Source: a virus. Taken from it: a DNA stretch of 64,000 nucleotides. The first letter of the stretch is position 1. Each line of letters begins with the position of its first letter. The notes under the pieces were generated by a model. It was not told the DNA's origin. It saw only the letters and a list, made by a program, of their open reading frames with translations, and searched no databases. Position numbers and translations under genes: made by a program. The stretch lies in the IMG/VR virus record IMGVR_UViG_3300032093_000013. One strand, given 5' to 3'. This document shows, piece by piece, positions 19,452-29,126 of this stretch.

Positions 19452-19640
19452 TCACCCCCACTGCGCCTGACGAACGTCGTTACGGTGTGCCTCAGCATAC
19501 TGGGCAGCGATGGTGGCAGCGGGCACTCCCCAGTGAATGTAGGGGGAAGGGCGGGAACCGTTCTTCAACTGGTCAGCGCGGGAGATCCATTTGATTTGGC
19601 GGGTCTCCAGGTCAGAGCACATGGCAAGGGGGAAACGCAT
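19452..19640 (-). CDS. GC-rich early micro-ORF (62 aa, MRFPLAMC...)
   Basis: Start revised; TACACT -10 box upstream at about 19672. Confidence 0.55.
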   Translation of the reverse strand: MRFPLAMCSDLETRQIKWISRADQLKNGSRPSPYIHWGVPAATIAAQYAEAHRNDVRQAQWG

Positions 19641-19716
19641 CGGTCGTCTGTCGGTTGCTTTGGTATGCCTTAGTGTAAACCCCCCACCCGCGACAGCAGG
19701 CAGGGGGTGTGCGATT

Positions 19717-19869
19717 TCAAAACTGGATTTCCTGCAGCGTGGCAGCATGGGCAAGAAAGTCAGCGATGTTCTCCTGTTCGACCTCAGCGGTCAGGGTCTC
19801 CAGAATCTCCAGGATCTGGGTGCCGTTGGCGCCACGGCGGAGCAGGGAGATGGCAAGGTCAGCGGTCAT
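19717..19869 (-). CDS. GC-rich early micro-ORF (50 aa, MTADLAIS...)
   Basis: Start revised; CTGCTACAATACTCTC promoter upstream. Confidence 0.6.
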   Translation of the reverse strand: MTADLAISLLRRGANGTQILEILETLTAEVEQENIADFLAHAATLQEIQF

Positions 19870-19906
19870 GATGTCGGGGGGTGTGGGGTGAGAGTATTGT
19901 AGCAGG

Positions 19907-20068
19907 TCAGCGGGCGAACTGCGCCAGACTGCTGGGGGCAACGTGAGCAGGCGACCCACAGGACCGGTAGAAGTCTACCATACGCTCTGCCTCCTGCAGG
20001 GTGGGGAACCACTGCGAGCGCCACTCGGTGTGGTTGTAGGGGGTCTGGTAACGGACTTCGATTCTCAT
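19907..20068 (-). CDS. early micro-ORF (53 aa, MRIEVRYQTPYNHTEWRSQWFPTLQEAERMVDFYRSCGSPAH...)
   Basis: Manual translation; own TAGAAT -10 box; not in ORF track. Confidence 0.65.
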   Translation of the reverse strand: MRIEVRYQTPYNHTEWRSQWFPTLQEAERMVDFYRSCGSPAHVAPSSLAQFAR

Positions 20069-20102
20069 GGGTCGGTTGCGGTTGTGAGAGAATTCTACAG
20101 GG

Positions 20103-20249
20103 TCAGCGGTCAGGGTCAGCGTTGCCGTGGGTCACCTTCACGAGTGGCACATATTCTACCGGGGAGTAGCGGGGTCCATGCATGAGCACCGCGCGGATCT
20201 GGTGACTGTTGCAACGGAGACTGTGAGTGTGGCGTTGCTGGCGGGACAT
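20103..20249 (-). CDS. early micro-ORF (48 aa, MSRQQRHT...)
   Basis: Manual translation; own TACAAT -10 box. Confidence 0.45.
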   Translation of the reverse strand: MSRQQRHTHSLRCNSHQIRAVLMHGPRYSPVEYVPLVKVTHGNADPDR

Positions 20250-20282
20250 CGTGACTCGGATGGGTGAGAGTATTGTAGCAGG

Positions 20283-20459
20283 TCAGGCGGCAACCAAAAC
20301 GTCGTTCTCCCAACGGGCAAAGCTCAGCACCTCATCATAGATACGGTCAGCGACCTGCTCAACGTGCTGGCGCTCTGCCTTCAGGATGGCAGCGCGGCAC
20401 TGGGCAGCAATCTCATCGATGGTATAGAGGGCGCGGTCGGTGGCGGGGTTGTAGCGCAT
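20283..20459 (-). CDS. early micro-ORF (58 aa, MRYNPATDRALYTIDEIAAQC...)
   Basis: Manual translation; lies downstream of the promoter element at 20484-20542. Confidence 0.6.
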   Translation of the reverse strand: MRYNPATDRALYTIDEIAAQCRAAILKAERQHVEQVADRIYDEVLSFARWENDVLVAA

Positions 20460-20538
20460 GGGTCGTTTGCGGTTGACTTGTTAAGTGTAAGGGGTCGGGT
20501 GGGGTCTCAGGGGGCAGGGTGTGCCACCTGGTGAATTG

Positions 20539-21126
20539 TCACCCCAGCAGGACGGCAGTGGGCAGGGGCAGGAACTGCAACCACTTTTGAGCAGGTTTCA
20601 CAATGCCCATTTGCGACAGAATGCAGTTATCTTCACCGATAGAAAGTTGCAACTGAGAGAAGGAATCTTTGCGACCAGAGGAAGACTTCCAAACGTTAGA
20701 TTTGGTGAGATTGGTATCAATCAAAACCATACCAAAGTTGTCGATTTGATTATCACTGAAGGTGTACTTAATCGACCACACAAGGTTAGTCTTTTTGCCA
20801 CCAAAGTGAGAGGTTTTGTTACCAGTGGCAAAGGACGATTTAGACTCGCCGCCCATCAATTTGAACTCAACAGGTTGACCTTCGATGATGTAATCATACC
20901 CGGCAACTTCCTCACGGCGACCATCAATCCCAAGGCGACGGATTCCTTCCTCAATCACCTCATTTACAATGTATTGAAAGATTTTCGTAAAGTCTGCAGT
21001 TTCCATGCCGCTATCTTTAATCTGTTGCAGAGTCTTACCATACAGGCGGAACTCTTCACTAACGTAGCGGTTGGTTTCAGTCACCACAAAAGCGGTGAGT
21101 TTCTCAAGGGTGGCGGTCAGAGTCAT
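20539..21126 (-). CDS. PD-(D/E)xK restriction-endonuclease-like protein
   Basis: E...GYDYIIEGQPVEFK catalytic-type motif. Confidence 0.55.
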   Translation of the reverse strand: MTLTATLEKLTAFVVTETNRYVSEEFRLYGKTLQQIKDSGMETADFTKIFQYIVNEVIEEGIRRLGIDGRREEVAGYDYIIEGQPVEFKLMGGESKSSFATGNKTSHFGGKKTNLVWSIKYTFSDNQIDNFGMVLIDTNLTKSNVWKSSSGRKDSFSQLQLSIGEDNCILSQMGIVKPAQKWLQFLPLPTAVLLG

Positions 21127-21216
21127 CAGGGGGAATGCTGTGGAGGGTCGTTTCCCCTCCGATGCCCTTAGTATAGGGTATCGGTGCGGGCACCCTGGTG
21201 GGGTTGTGCCACCTAT

Positions 21217-22113
21217 TCAACTGGCACACTGAAAGCGACCGCTGTTGAAATTATGATAGGAGAATGCCTCACGATTCACCAACTTAAACATACCAAACTC
21301 ATTGGTGAGTACGTAACCTTCGGAGTCGATTCTCTCCTGCCCGATGTAAGCGGCAGGACCATCATTGCGGCACAGATAGAGACAATCTGCCTTGATAGAT
21401 TTCACCAGTGCCCACAACCCCAGCAGGTTAGGATCGCAGTCGAATTCACTATTCACAACAGGACGATTCTCACGGATGCAAGCATTCAGTTGCTGCTTAA
21501 TCTTTGCCGCTTCTTTATCAGTTGCAAAGGTCACAACAGTTGCCATTTGACGGGCAAACTTGCAGACTTCCTCTACATCAGCGAAGGACGTTTGACCGTG
21601 CTGAATGTATGCTTGAGGTTGCACGAACTTCACCGTCTCAGTATCATTCCAGATGCTACGATCGGGGAATGCTTGAGCGTCACGAAGATCGCTCTCAGCA
21701 TAATAGCAAGTGTGCGGTGCAATGATAATTTGCTGAGAAACTACCTCAGGAAACTTGTAAGTGATCGTGTTGGGAGTATACTCATCACTACCACCAAACC
21801 CAATAAAATCACCTTGGTAGATAGTATCGAAGCGAGGCAGATAATCAAAGCAAGCGTGAAGAATACGCGCAACTTCACCCTGATAGAATGAATCAATTTC
21901 TTCATGATTGTGAGCAATACGAATCTTTTTCTTGTTAAAGACTGCTTTGGTTCCTACAAAGAACTCACCATTGGCAGGATTCACACCCCAGACAATCGCA
22001 GGGGCGCCATCAATCTTGACGCTCAAGTTGCCAGGATTCACGAACCAATCCAGGGCAGAAAGGTCACCCGTGAGAATAGAATCTTCGGGGTGCTCAAGGT
22101 GGGTGTTTTTCAT
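21217..22113 (-). CDS. DUF6267-like protein with RNA/DNA ligase-type nucleotidyltransferase motifs
   Basis: NTHLEHPED N-terminus; KIDG (motif I), YQGDFI (III), EGYVL (IV), FKLVNR (V). Confidence 0.6.
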   Translation of the reverse strand: MKNTHLEHPEDSILTGDLSALDWFVNPGNLSVKIDGAPAIVWGVNPANGEFFVGTKAVFNKKKIRIAHNHEEIDSFYQGEVARILHACFDYLPRFDTIYQGDFIGFGGSDEYTPNTITYKFPEVVSQQIIIAPHTCYYAESDLRDAQAFPDRSIWNDTETVKFVQPQAYIQHGQTSFADVEEVCKFARQMATVVTFATDKEAAKIKQQLNACIRENRPVVNSEFDCDPNLLGLWALVKSIKADCLYLCRNDGPAAYIGQERIDSEGYVLTNEFGMFKLVNREAFSYHNFNSGRFQCAS

Positions 22114-22199
22114 GCTTTTAGTATTGCAGGGATTGGTGCCGATTGCAAGGGGGTGTGTGCCACTCTCTCAACTGGCACACGAGCAGCCGACTTGAGTAT

Positions 22200-22225
22200 A
22201 AAAAAAGGGGAGCATATTGCCCCCC
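22200..22225 (-). terminator. intrinsic terminator
   Basis: Minus strand GGGGGCAATATGCTCCCC followed by T7. Confidence 0.7.
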
Positions 22226-22231
22226 GATTCT

Positions 22232-22579
22232 TTATGCAAACATGAAACCATTGCTGAAATCGTATTCATTGTAGACAGGAGAAGTTCCTGCCTGCCCGAT
22301 GAACTTGTGGACGAACCACTTAAAGTTCTTTTGAAACACACATTCACCCTTGATTCCATGCTCTTGAAGAATCGCATTCAGGCGGGATTTGGTGGTCACA
22401 GACTGCCATCCACCGTCAAAGATTTGCACGAAGTTGTCACCAATGGTAGCAATGTGATTGCCGAAAAGAAACACTTTCGACTCGTTAGTTTCAGCGTCAA
22501 AGGTAACCTCAGTGTTGCCAGACTTCCAATTGCGGGAGTCACGAATGGCAGCATTCATCTGGGATTCAATCTTACGCAT
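22232..22579 (-). CDS. conserved phage hypothetical protein (MRKIESQMNAAI...TTKSRLNAIL)
   Basis: 115-aa ORF with its own promoter element and terminator. Confidence 0.75.
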   Translation of the reverse strand: MRKIESQMNAAIRDSRNWKSGNTEVTFDAETNESKVFLFGNHIATIGDNFVQIFDGGWQSVTTKSRLNAILQEHGIKGECVFQKNFKWFVHKFIGQAGTSPVYNEYDFSNGFMFA

Positions 22580-22649
22580 TTGGGGGTTTCCCTCTCAACA
22601 AATGTAGTATGGACCAGATCGGGGGGACTTGCAACCCCCCTTGTGCCAC

Positions 22650-23367
22650 TTACTGAACTGTCACACTCTCAATCAATTCTTCGACAACATCCTCATCATA
22701 AACATAGGCAATCTCACCGAGCACATCTTCTTCAGATTTACCTGCCAAACTCTCAACAAGCGTATCGTACACAAATTGCATCAAACATTTGGTGTCCATC
22801 TCATCAACAATACGCTCAGCGTAGTTTTCAATCAGTTGGTCAAGTTGTTGGGTAGTAAGGGTCATTTCAGAACTCATCAAGACAGTGACGGGAAGTTTGA
22901 TTCAGACGAATGAGAATGTCATTCCAAAACTCTTTATCCTCATCATCATTGTATTGGTTGTTATCTTCAACCAAACGAATCAGATTGTTAAGATCGTCGG
23001 GAGTGAGATAGTTCATCAGTAATCGTAGTTTGCGTTCAGGTACTCATTCACATCGAACTTCTCATCACGAAGTTCGGGAATGTCAAGGTCAAAGATTTCA
23101 CCAGGAGCATCTTGAATCTCAGACCAGAGTTCGTCAAACATGGTTTGTCTCTCAGGGACGAATGTAATGTATCAGGGATCCTGGCGCACCACAACCCCCT
23201 GTGTGCCACTCTCTCAACTGGCACAAGGTTTCTTATACAAACTCCGCGAGATAGTAATCTAAAGGCAACTCAAGTTCTGCTGCTTTAGATTCCCATTCAT
23301 CCCATTCTTCCTGAGAAGCATCATTGAAGAAATCCTCACGAGAATATTCAAAAACAGGACCACACAT
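22650..23367 (-). CDS. four acidic micro-ORFs (22650-22865, 22867-23016, 23016-23141, 23233-23367)
   Basis: Manual translations, e.g. MFDELWSEIQDAPGEIFDL and MCGPVFEYSREDFF...KAAELELPLDYYLAEFV. Confidence 0.55.
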
Positions 23368-23506
23368 TCGAATTAATTGCGACAACGAAGGTAATGTAAA
23401 CCATCACGTGGCAGATATCAACCCCTACTGTGCCAGATTCTCAACTGTCCTCATTCTCAATAACGAGGACCTTATTGAGAATAGGTCCAATCTTTAAACT
23501 GCCACA

Positions 23507-23789
23507 TTACTTGAATGGATCGAGATGCATGATGGTAGAATGCACAGTCTCATCACCTTCGAGCTGCAATATTTCTGCCCATTCATATACATCTAGATCT
23601 AGATCATCATAACACTCTACATCTAGAATGATACGAACGTGTTGCTTATTATGCATAATGACGATATGCTAGATCTTGATAATCATGCGAATCTCGTGCA
23701 TAATCATCATCTAGATCTAGTGTATAGTTCTCATCTAGATCTACATAATCATTCGTATACGTATAGTCGAAATCGTAATCGTCGTACAT
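23507..23789 (-). CDS. two acidic micro-ORFs (23649-23789 MYDDYDFD..., 23507-23656 MHNKQHVRIILDVE...)
   Basis: Manual translation; TACAAT -10 box at 23823-23828. Confidence 0.5.
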
Positions 23790-23956
23790 GAGCTCGTCGA
23801 GATTGTGTGATGTGACTTGTATATTGTAGCATAAGGCTCGTCGAGATTGCAATAGGTGTGTGCAGATCTCGACGAGATTCATACGATAATATATATGAAT
23901 CTAGAGCGTTCTAGACGAGTTCTGATGTGGATCTCGTAACAGAATGTCTCGACGAG

Positions 23957-23985
23957 ATTCTATCATGCTTCTAGAAGAATGTCAA
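23957..23985 (-). promoter_or_regulatory. sigma70 promoter TTGACA-17-TAGAAT with extended -10 TG
   Basis: tgtcaa 23980-23985, attcta 23957-23962. Confidence 0.75.
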
Positions 23986-24034
23986 GTCTCGTCGAGTTCT
24001 TGTGAGGGTCTGGGGATTTTTATGGGGGCGGGGG

Positions 24035-24063
24035 TTGACAAACTGCTCTTCTTATGATACGCT
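24035..24063 (+). promoter_or_regulatory. sigma70 promoter TTGACA-17-TACGCT with extended -10 TG, on + strand
   Basis: ttgaca 24035-24040, tg-a-tacgct 24055-24063. Confidence 0.6.
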
Positions 24064-24084
24064 CGCTAAGGTCACAAGTCCTGG

Positions 24085-24140
24085 AGGCATTAAACAAGAC
24101 TCAAAGGCATTAAACAAGACTCAGAGGCATTTATAAGACT
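24085..24140 (+). repeat. tandem repeat, 20-bp period, about 3 copies (AGGCATTAAACAAGACTCAR)
   Basis: Units start at 24085, 24105 and 24125; the third is degenerate. Confidence 0.85.
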
Positions 24141-24349
24141 TATAATCCTCTACATTTATTCTATTCTCAACAATAATACTCAATTGATTCTCAATAATAT
24201 TCATCTTATTGAGAATGTTACAACAAACACATTTATATTTTTTAATACCTTTTTTAATTAAATTTAAGTTAAAACACTATAAAACTGGCATAATCTCAGT
24301 ATTTTGGCATCCTTGAGTCTTTACATACTTCTCCCAATGAGTAGCATCT

Positions 24350-27300
24350 TCAATCGTATAGAAAACTGCGGTTTGCTTTGAGAATGCTTTCTTTTTGGGT
24401 TTCAGGTAGATGACTTGATACTTCATAATAATACAAATTAATAGTTGGTCCGTCGTTCCAATGTCTTATGACCCCTGCGATAATGAATAGATTAGTAAGA
24501 AGATAAGTACCGAATATAACAGTCCGTATATGAGCAACGTGGTCTGATTCTCTGTCATTTTTACTTGCTTTCTCCCCAATCGCTTTTGCCCAGTATCTCC
24601 ACAGTGTTTTTCTTTTCTTCATAGATAGACTCTCTTGATTTGATATAAGTCAGTTCTTTCCATTGATTATGATAACACAGGACCATCAAACGATCATTGC
24701 GATGAATGGAACATGCCTCATAGTTCTCTTCATTTTTTGGTTTGACCCCTATCTCAATCGTAATGTAGTCATTGTCCTTGAAATAGACCCATCCTTCAAT
24801 ATGAGGTTTCCACTTTACATAATGATTAACTTGTGGTTCATACATATGCCGCTTCTAATGGAGTTTGCTTGGGAACCATTGCCGAATAAGGTGATGTTCG
24901 TTCTATACTAACAGCGTTCCCGATCTTTCCTGAGTTGATGGGGGAGTAATAGGTTCTGGTTTTGGTATTATAGAATCCCCAAATACAACGAACGGCATCA
25001 CCCAGATTGTAATCAAACCTACAATCGTAATGAATCCAGATAGCAATAACATTGCGTTTAAACTCTGTCTGCTCATAATACATTCCTTTCGGTGCTTGGT
25101 GTGGAAATTCAATCGTTGTCATAAACAGCACGAAGACGATTGGGGGGATAACCTGCAGACAAATAATTGTTAAGGAGTAGGTCACACTGCTCCTTTGTTA
25201 ATTGCCTTGCATCCTCTTCAATCAATTCCCATCCGGTGGTTGTCAATTCTAAAATGCGATAAAGTTGTGTCACGTCGTAAATGCCTCCAGAATACCAGAT
25301 TCATAATCATCTTGAAGTATGAATTTTTGAGCATTCACAACTCTTTCCATAATTCGATCCGTATAGCGATCGTCGAAGGATTCTTCATTCGCAAGAATCT
25401 CAAATGCTTCCGTATCAGATTCGGCAATCAAGTTAATCAGACCGCCATACTCACTGGAAGGAAAAGGAACCCAGTAATCGACAATATAAAGAGATTTCAT
25501 TGTTATGTGTAAATTACTCCTCTATTTTAGTGTATTTGCTGTATCCTGTCAAGTTACAAAGTTGTCGCTCAATCTCAAACCTGATGGGAAACAAATGTGA
25601 TGAGAAGAATCCAGCATACTGCCCATCCTTGAGAAGATTGTAAATGTTCTCAACCTGCATCTGTGCCAGAATCAATTTTGTCTTTTCATCCATTACACAA
25701 ACTCCGAAATGTAGTAGTCTACGGTGACTTCCAGTTCTGCTGCTTTTTGCTCATAGAAGTTGTCAGTGTATTGTTTGGCAGAAACCCATGCTTCATGATT
25801 AAACTCTTCAACCTCAGCGTGTTTCATAAAGTCCTCAAATGCAGACATAAATTGTCGAATATCTTCATCGTTCATTGGTACATCCAATCGTTTGGCAATA
25901 ATAGGACTCATACAACTTTTGGTCACGTTGTATGAGAAAGGCATTGTATCCAAAGAAAGCAATCAGAAACACAACACCAACAAAAACATATTTGGGTGAA
26001 AGATTCATTCGCATTCAAGATCGTAAGAAACAGCAGACATCATCTCAGACATTAGTTTTGACCGAAGTTTGTGAACATCATACTCAATCAGTTCGGACAA
26101 GTCATCCCAATCCTGATAATACGTGAACACATTCAACATTGCACCCAGTTCAGTCGTTGAAAGAGACATCAGCAAGCACCATAGAAAGGATTACCCAGTT
26201 GAGGCAGATCGGAGTTGTCACCAGTTTCGGTATAACCCAGTGCCAGACGCTCACGAATCGCAAGAGTCTTCTCAACACGATTCAGAAACTTCTTGGAGAT
26301 TTGATCCACACCTTTCCAAGACAGAACCTGCAGACACCATTCTTGGCTGATGTCACCGTAGGGGGTCTTCACAGGGTAGTATCCGACCAGCATCGTGCCG
26401 TCTGCAGACTGGAGAGTGGGGAAGGTGGTCATGGAGTGTCCCTCGATTACCTTGTAATTATAGGTCAGAAGGACGGCACCACGTCGTTGCGTAGACCAGT
26501 TTGCGAACTGTCCATCTGCTCAAAGACCGTGTAAAGTTTGTTGTACAGTGCTGGTACACTTCCATATTCTCTTGCGATTTGATTCTCATCACGGAGATTC
26601 AATAACTGAAGTGCGGATAGAATTACACCAACTTCATGAACATTTAGATTAACATTTGCTTCGGTCATTTCTTTTCAGTCTCCTTTGCTACAGGTTTAGG
26701 TGTTGTGTAAGGAACTCTACCAGTCTCATTGTACATCAGAATGTCGTATTTGAACTTACATTCCAATGGTTTTTGATTACACATTTTCAGTGTGTCATTG
26801 TGTGATGATTGTGAATAAAAACCACCACCAGTGATAAATCCAAGCATTGCGATTAAAGCAAAACTAGGATACAAAACAACTTCTTTCATGATTCAATCCC
26901 AACTAACATTTTGAAGAAGAAAACCAGGCATCACCATACTCCAGGCACCCTCCTGATTGATACCACCAACTTTATATTCCCACTTATAAGCAAACTTATT
27001 ATGACTGTCCCAAGTCATAAAACCTTTCTCCTTATCAAACCAAGATTTGATAGTCAGACCAAACTTGTTAGAAAAGATATTGCGAGTGCGAAGTGCTCCA
27101 CCAGTTTCGCGGGTTTCTACTACTTTACACACATCATGATAGGTTTGAAGACTTGATTCTAAGGCACAAGGAGTTTCATATGTAAAGGGGCGATATGTTT
27201 TAGGTTTTGCTGGTGCGGTCTGTGCCAATGCAGGAGAGGCAAACAGCAGGGCAGTCAGCAATAGAAGTTTTTTCATTCTTCAGATTCGTCAAGTGCAAGT

Positions 27301-27740
27301 TCCAAATAATTATAACCAATCACTTGTCTTCCTGCATGAGTGGAAGTATCAATTTCCACACCTTGATCAGACAGTTTATTCAGTCGGCGGGCAGTCGCCT
27401 CATTCATTTTTGTGGTCCAATAATAACTCATTGATTTCCTCCGGTTTTGTTATATTCTATCATAGAACGCCGTGCTGCGTAAGCCTCAAATTCAGATGCA
27501 AATGATGCAATGGTGCGTCCAGTATCAGTCCAGACCAGATACCAACGATTCGCAAACTGTTTGATGTAAATGGGTTTCATACAGAAAGAGTAACGTCGAT
27601 TTCTTTGATATTCAAACCACAGAGTTGCTCATACACACGCCTACAGATAATATCGGTTGCTTTCTTTGCTTTGGACTTCTCATACCAGATGGTGCGAAGT
27701 CCATCAAAAGTGGTGACTTGAATGCGGTAGTTTTTCATCA
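24350..27740 (-). CDS. run of small hypothetical ORFs (24350-24622, 24561-24845, 24838-about 25121, 25270-25500, 25693-25875, 26169-26432, 26465-26668, 26665-26889, 26893-27276, 27577-about 27738)
   Basis: Tightly packed, co-oriented ORFs; 26893-27276 has a signal peptide. Confidence 0.6.
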
Positions 27741-27827
27741 GAAGCGGGTGTTTCCCCTTGACTACCCTTGTATTATAGGGCAATACAGGAGACAGCGCAG
27801 TGCCCCCTGTGCCAGTTTTTGAATTGG

Positions 27828-28661
27828 TCAGTTCAGGGCGTCAAAGACAGTGCTTTGTGGTGTAATGTCCTGACACAACTCCCAGTAGGTTTGGTCAATC
27901 TCAAATCCAATATACTTACGGTCTGCTTTGATTGCCATTCTTGCCGTTGTGCCACTGCCCATAAATGGATCTAAAACAAGGTCACCAGGATTGGTCCAAG
28001 TGATAATATGATCGTAGGCAAGTTGCTCTGGCATGGTAGCAGGATGCTCATATGCTCTTTTATTGGATTGTCCAAATCCACCACTATTCTTGATTTTCCA
28101 GATATTCGTACGAGCACCAAACTCCTTGATTTCTTTTGTCTTTTCGTCTGTAATCTCCAGACTTCCATCCTTCTTCCGAGCACGTGCATTTCCCCAGGAC
28201 TTATGCCCTGCCCAGGCATTTGGTTTGTCCATGATAATATTCACCGTCTTGGGTTTGCCTTTGCTCAGAATAAAACAATACTCAAATGCCTGCGAATAGC
28301 GCAGCGACTTTTCACCAGCAGCAAAAGCAATTCCTGTCTTTTCGTAAATCATGGTATCATGCAGACGCAATCCGCACTCATCCATAAAGTAAAGTGCCTG
28401 GCGAAAACTACTTCCAGTTTCGCCACCATCAATTGTTGCGTCCCCAACATTCCACATGATAACCCCACCAGGTTTCAATACTCTGGCAAGTGCTTGTGCA
28501 ACATCTTTAAAGACATTAAAATCCCACTTGGAGGAATCGTTATACGTTCTTAAATCATCATATGGAGGAGAGGTTACACACAAATCCACAGATTCTGCAT
28601 TCATGGCATTCATGCCATCAACACAGCTATCATTATAAACTCGGTTTGTCTCCATAGTCAT
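27828..28661 (-). CDS. DNA amino-methyltransferase (N4-C/N6-A, beta class)
   Basis: TSPPY (motif IV) precedes HPATMP and DPFMGSGTT (motif I); IGFEID. Confidence 0.9.
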   Translation of the reverse strand: MTMETNRVYNDSCVDGMNAMNAESVDLCVTSPPYDDLRTYNDSSKWDFNVFKDVAQALARVLKPGGVIMWNVGDATIDGGETGSSFRQALYFMDECGLRLHDTMIYEKTGIAFAAGEKSLRYSQAFEYCFILSKGKPKTVNIIMDKPNAWAGHKSWGNARARKKDGSLEITDEKTKEIKEFGARTNIWKIKNSGGFGQSNKRAYEHPATMPEQLAYDHIITWTNPGDLVLDPFMGSGTTARMAIKADRKYIGFEIDQTYWELCQDITPQSTVFDALN

Positions 28662-28712
28662 CTAAGATTGAAACTACTATTATAGCAGAATGTAAGCATG
28701 AAATGCAACTTA

Positions 28713-29102
28713 TCAACAGGCAAAAGAAAGACCTCCGATTGCAGCACCTGCAGCAGTTGCCCAACCATAATTATCAGGATATGCACTTGCAGCAGCACGA
28801 CCAATCGCCCCACCCAAAACAGTTCCTAACAAAGTTCTTGTAGGATTGCAATTTGGATTTGTTGCTCTGCCATATCCACCCCCACCATAATACTGATTGG
28901 TAGGTCTCCAACCTTGATTGACATTGTTACAGGGCACATTATAAGTTTGCACACTCACACCGCCAGCAACATAGTTGCCAAAGCGATCGTATCCACCAGG
29001 GCGATAAACCTCTTGATTTTGAGTGCAAACTGCAAATTGATTTACCTGCTGAGCAAAAACAGGTGCGGGAAGAAACAAAAGGGCAGAAAGAAGATACTTC
29101 AT
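28713..29102 (-). CDS. exported protein with C-terminal glycine zipper
   Basis: Signal peptide MKYLLSALLFLPAPVFA; LLGTVLGGAIG...AAGAAIGG. Confidence 0.65.
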   Translation of the reverse strand: MKYLLSALLFLPAPVFAQQVNQFAVCTQNQEVYRPGGYDRFGNYVAGGVSVQTYNVPCNNVNQGWRPTNQYYGGGGYGRATNPNCNPTRTLLGTVLGGAIGRAAASAYPDNYGWATAAGAAIGGLSFAC

Positions 29103-29126
29103 GAATCTGATGTGTAATAAGAGTAA

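Larger units (their letters stand above)
23453..24290. other. candidate replication origin / regulatory hub
   Basis: CTCGWCGAG x5, divergent TTGACA promoters, four G-tracts, 3x20-bp repeat, AT-rich tract, flanking 11-8-11 inverted repeats. Confidence 0.45.

Noticed and set aside
20521-22855. 200-235 aa plus-strand ORFs (20521, 21184, 22217), and similar shadows such as 30034-30639 and those inside gp7
   Set aside because: They fully overlap well-supported minus-strand genes and have no recognisable features
24085-24140. Possible mini CRISPR array
   Set aside because: The repeats are contiguous with no unique spacers, and there are no cas genes in the window
25663-25684. Additional GTGCCAG match
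   Set aside because: Inside coding sequence, with a poor second half-site and no -10 box at the fixed distance
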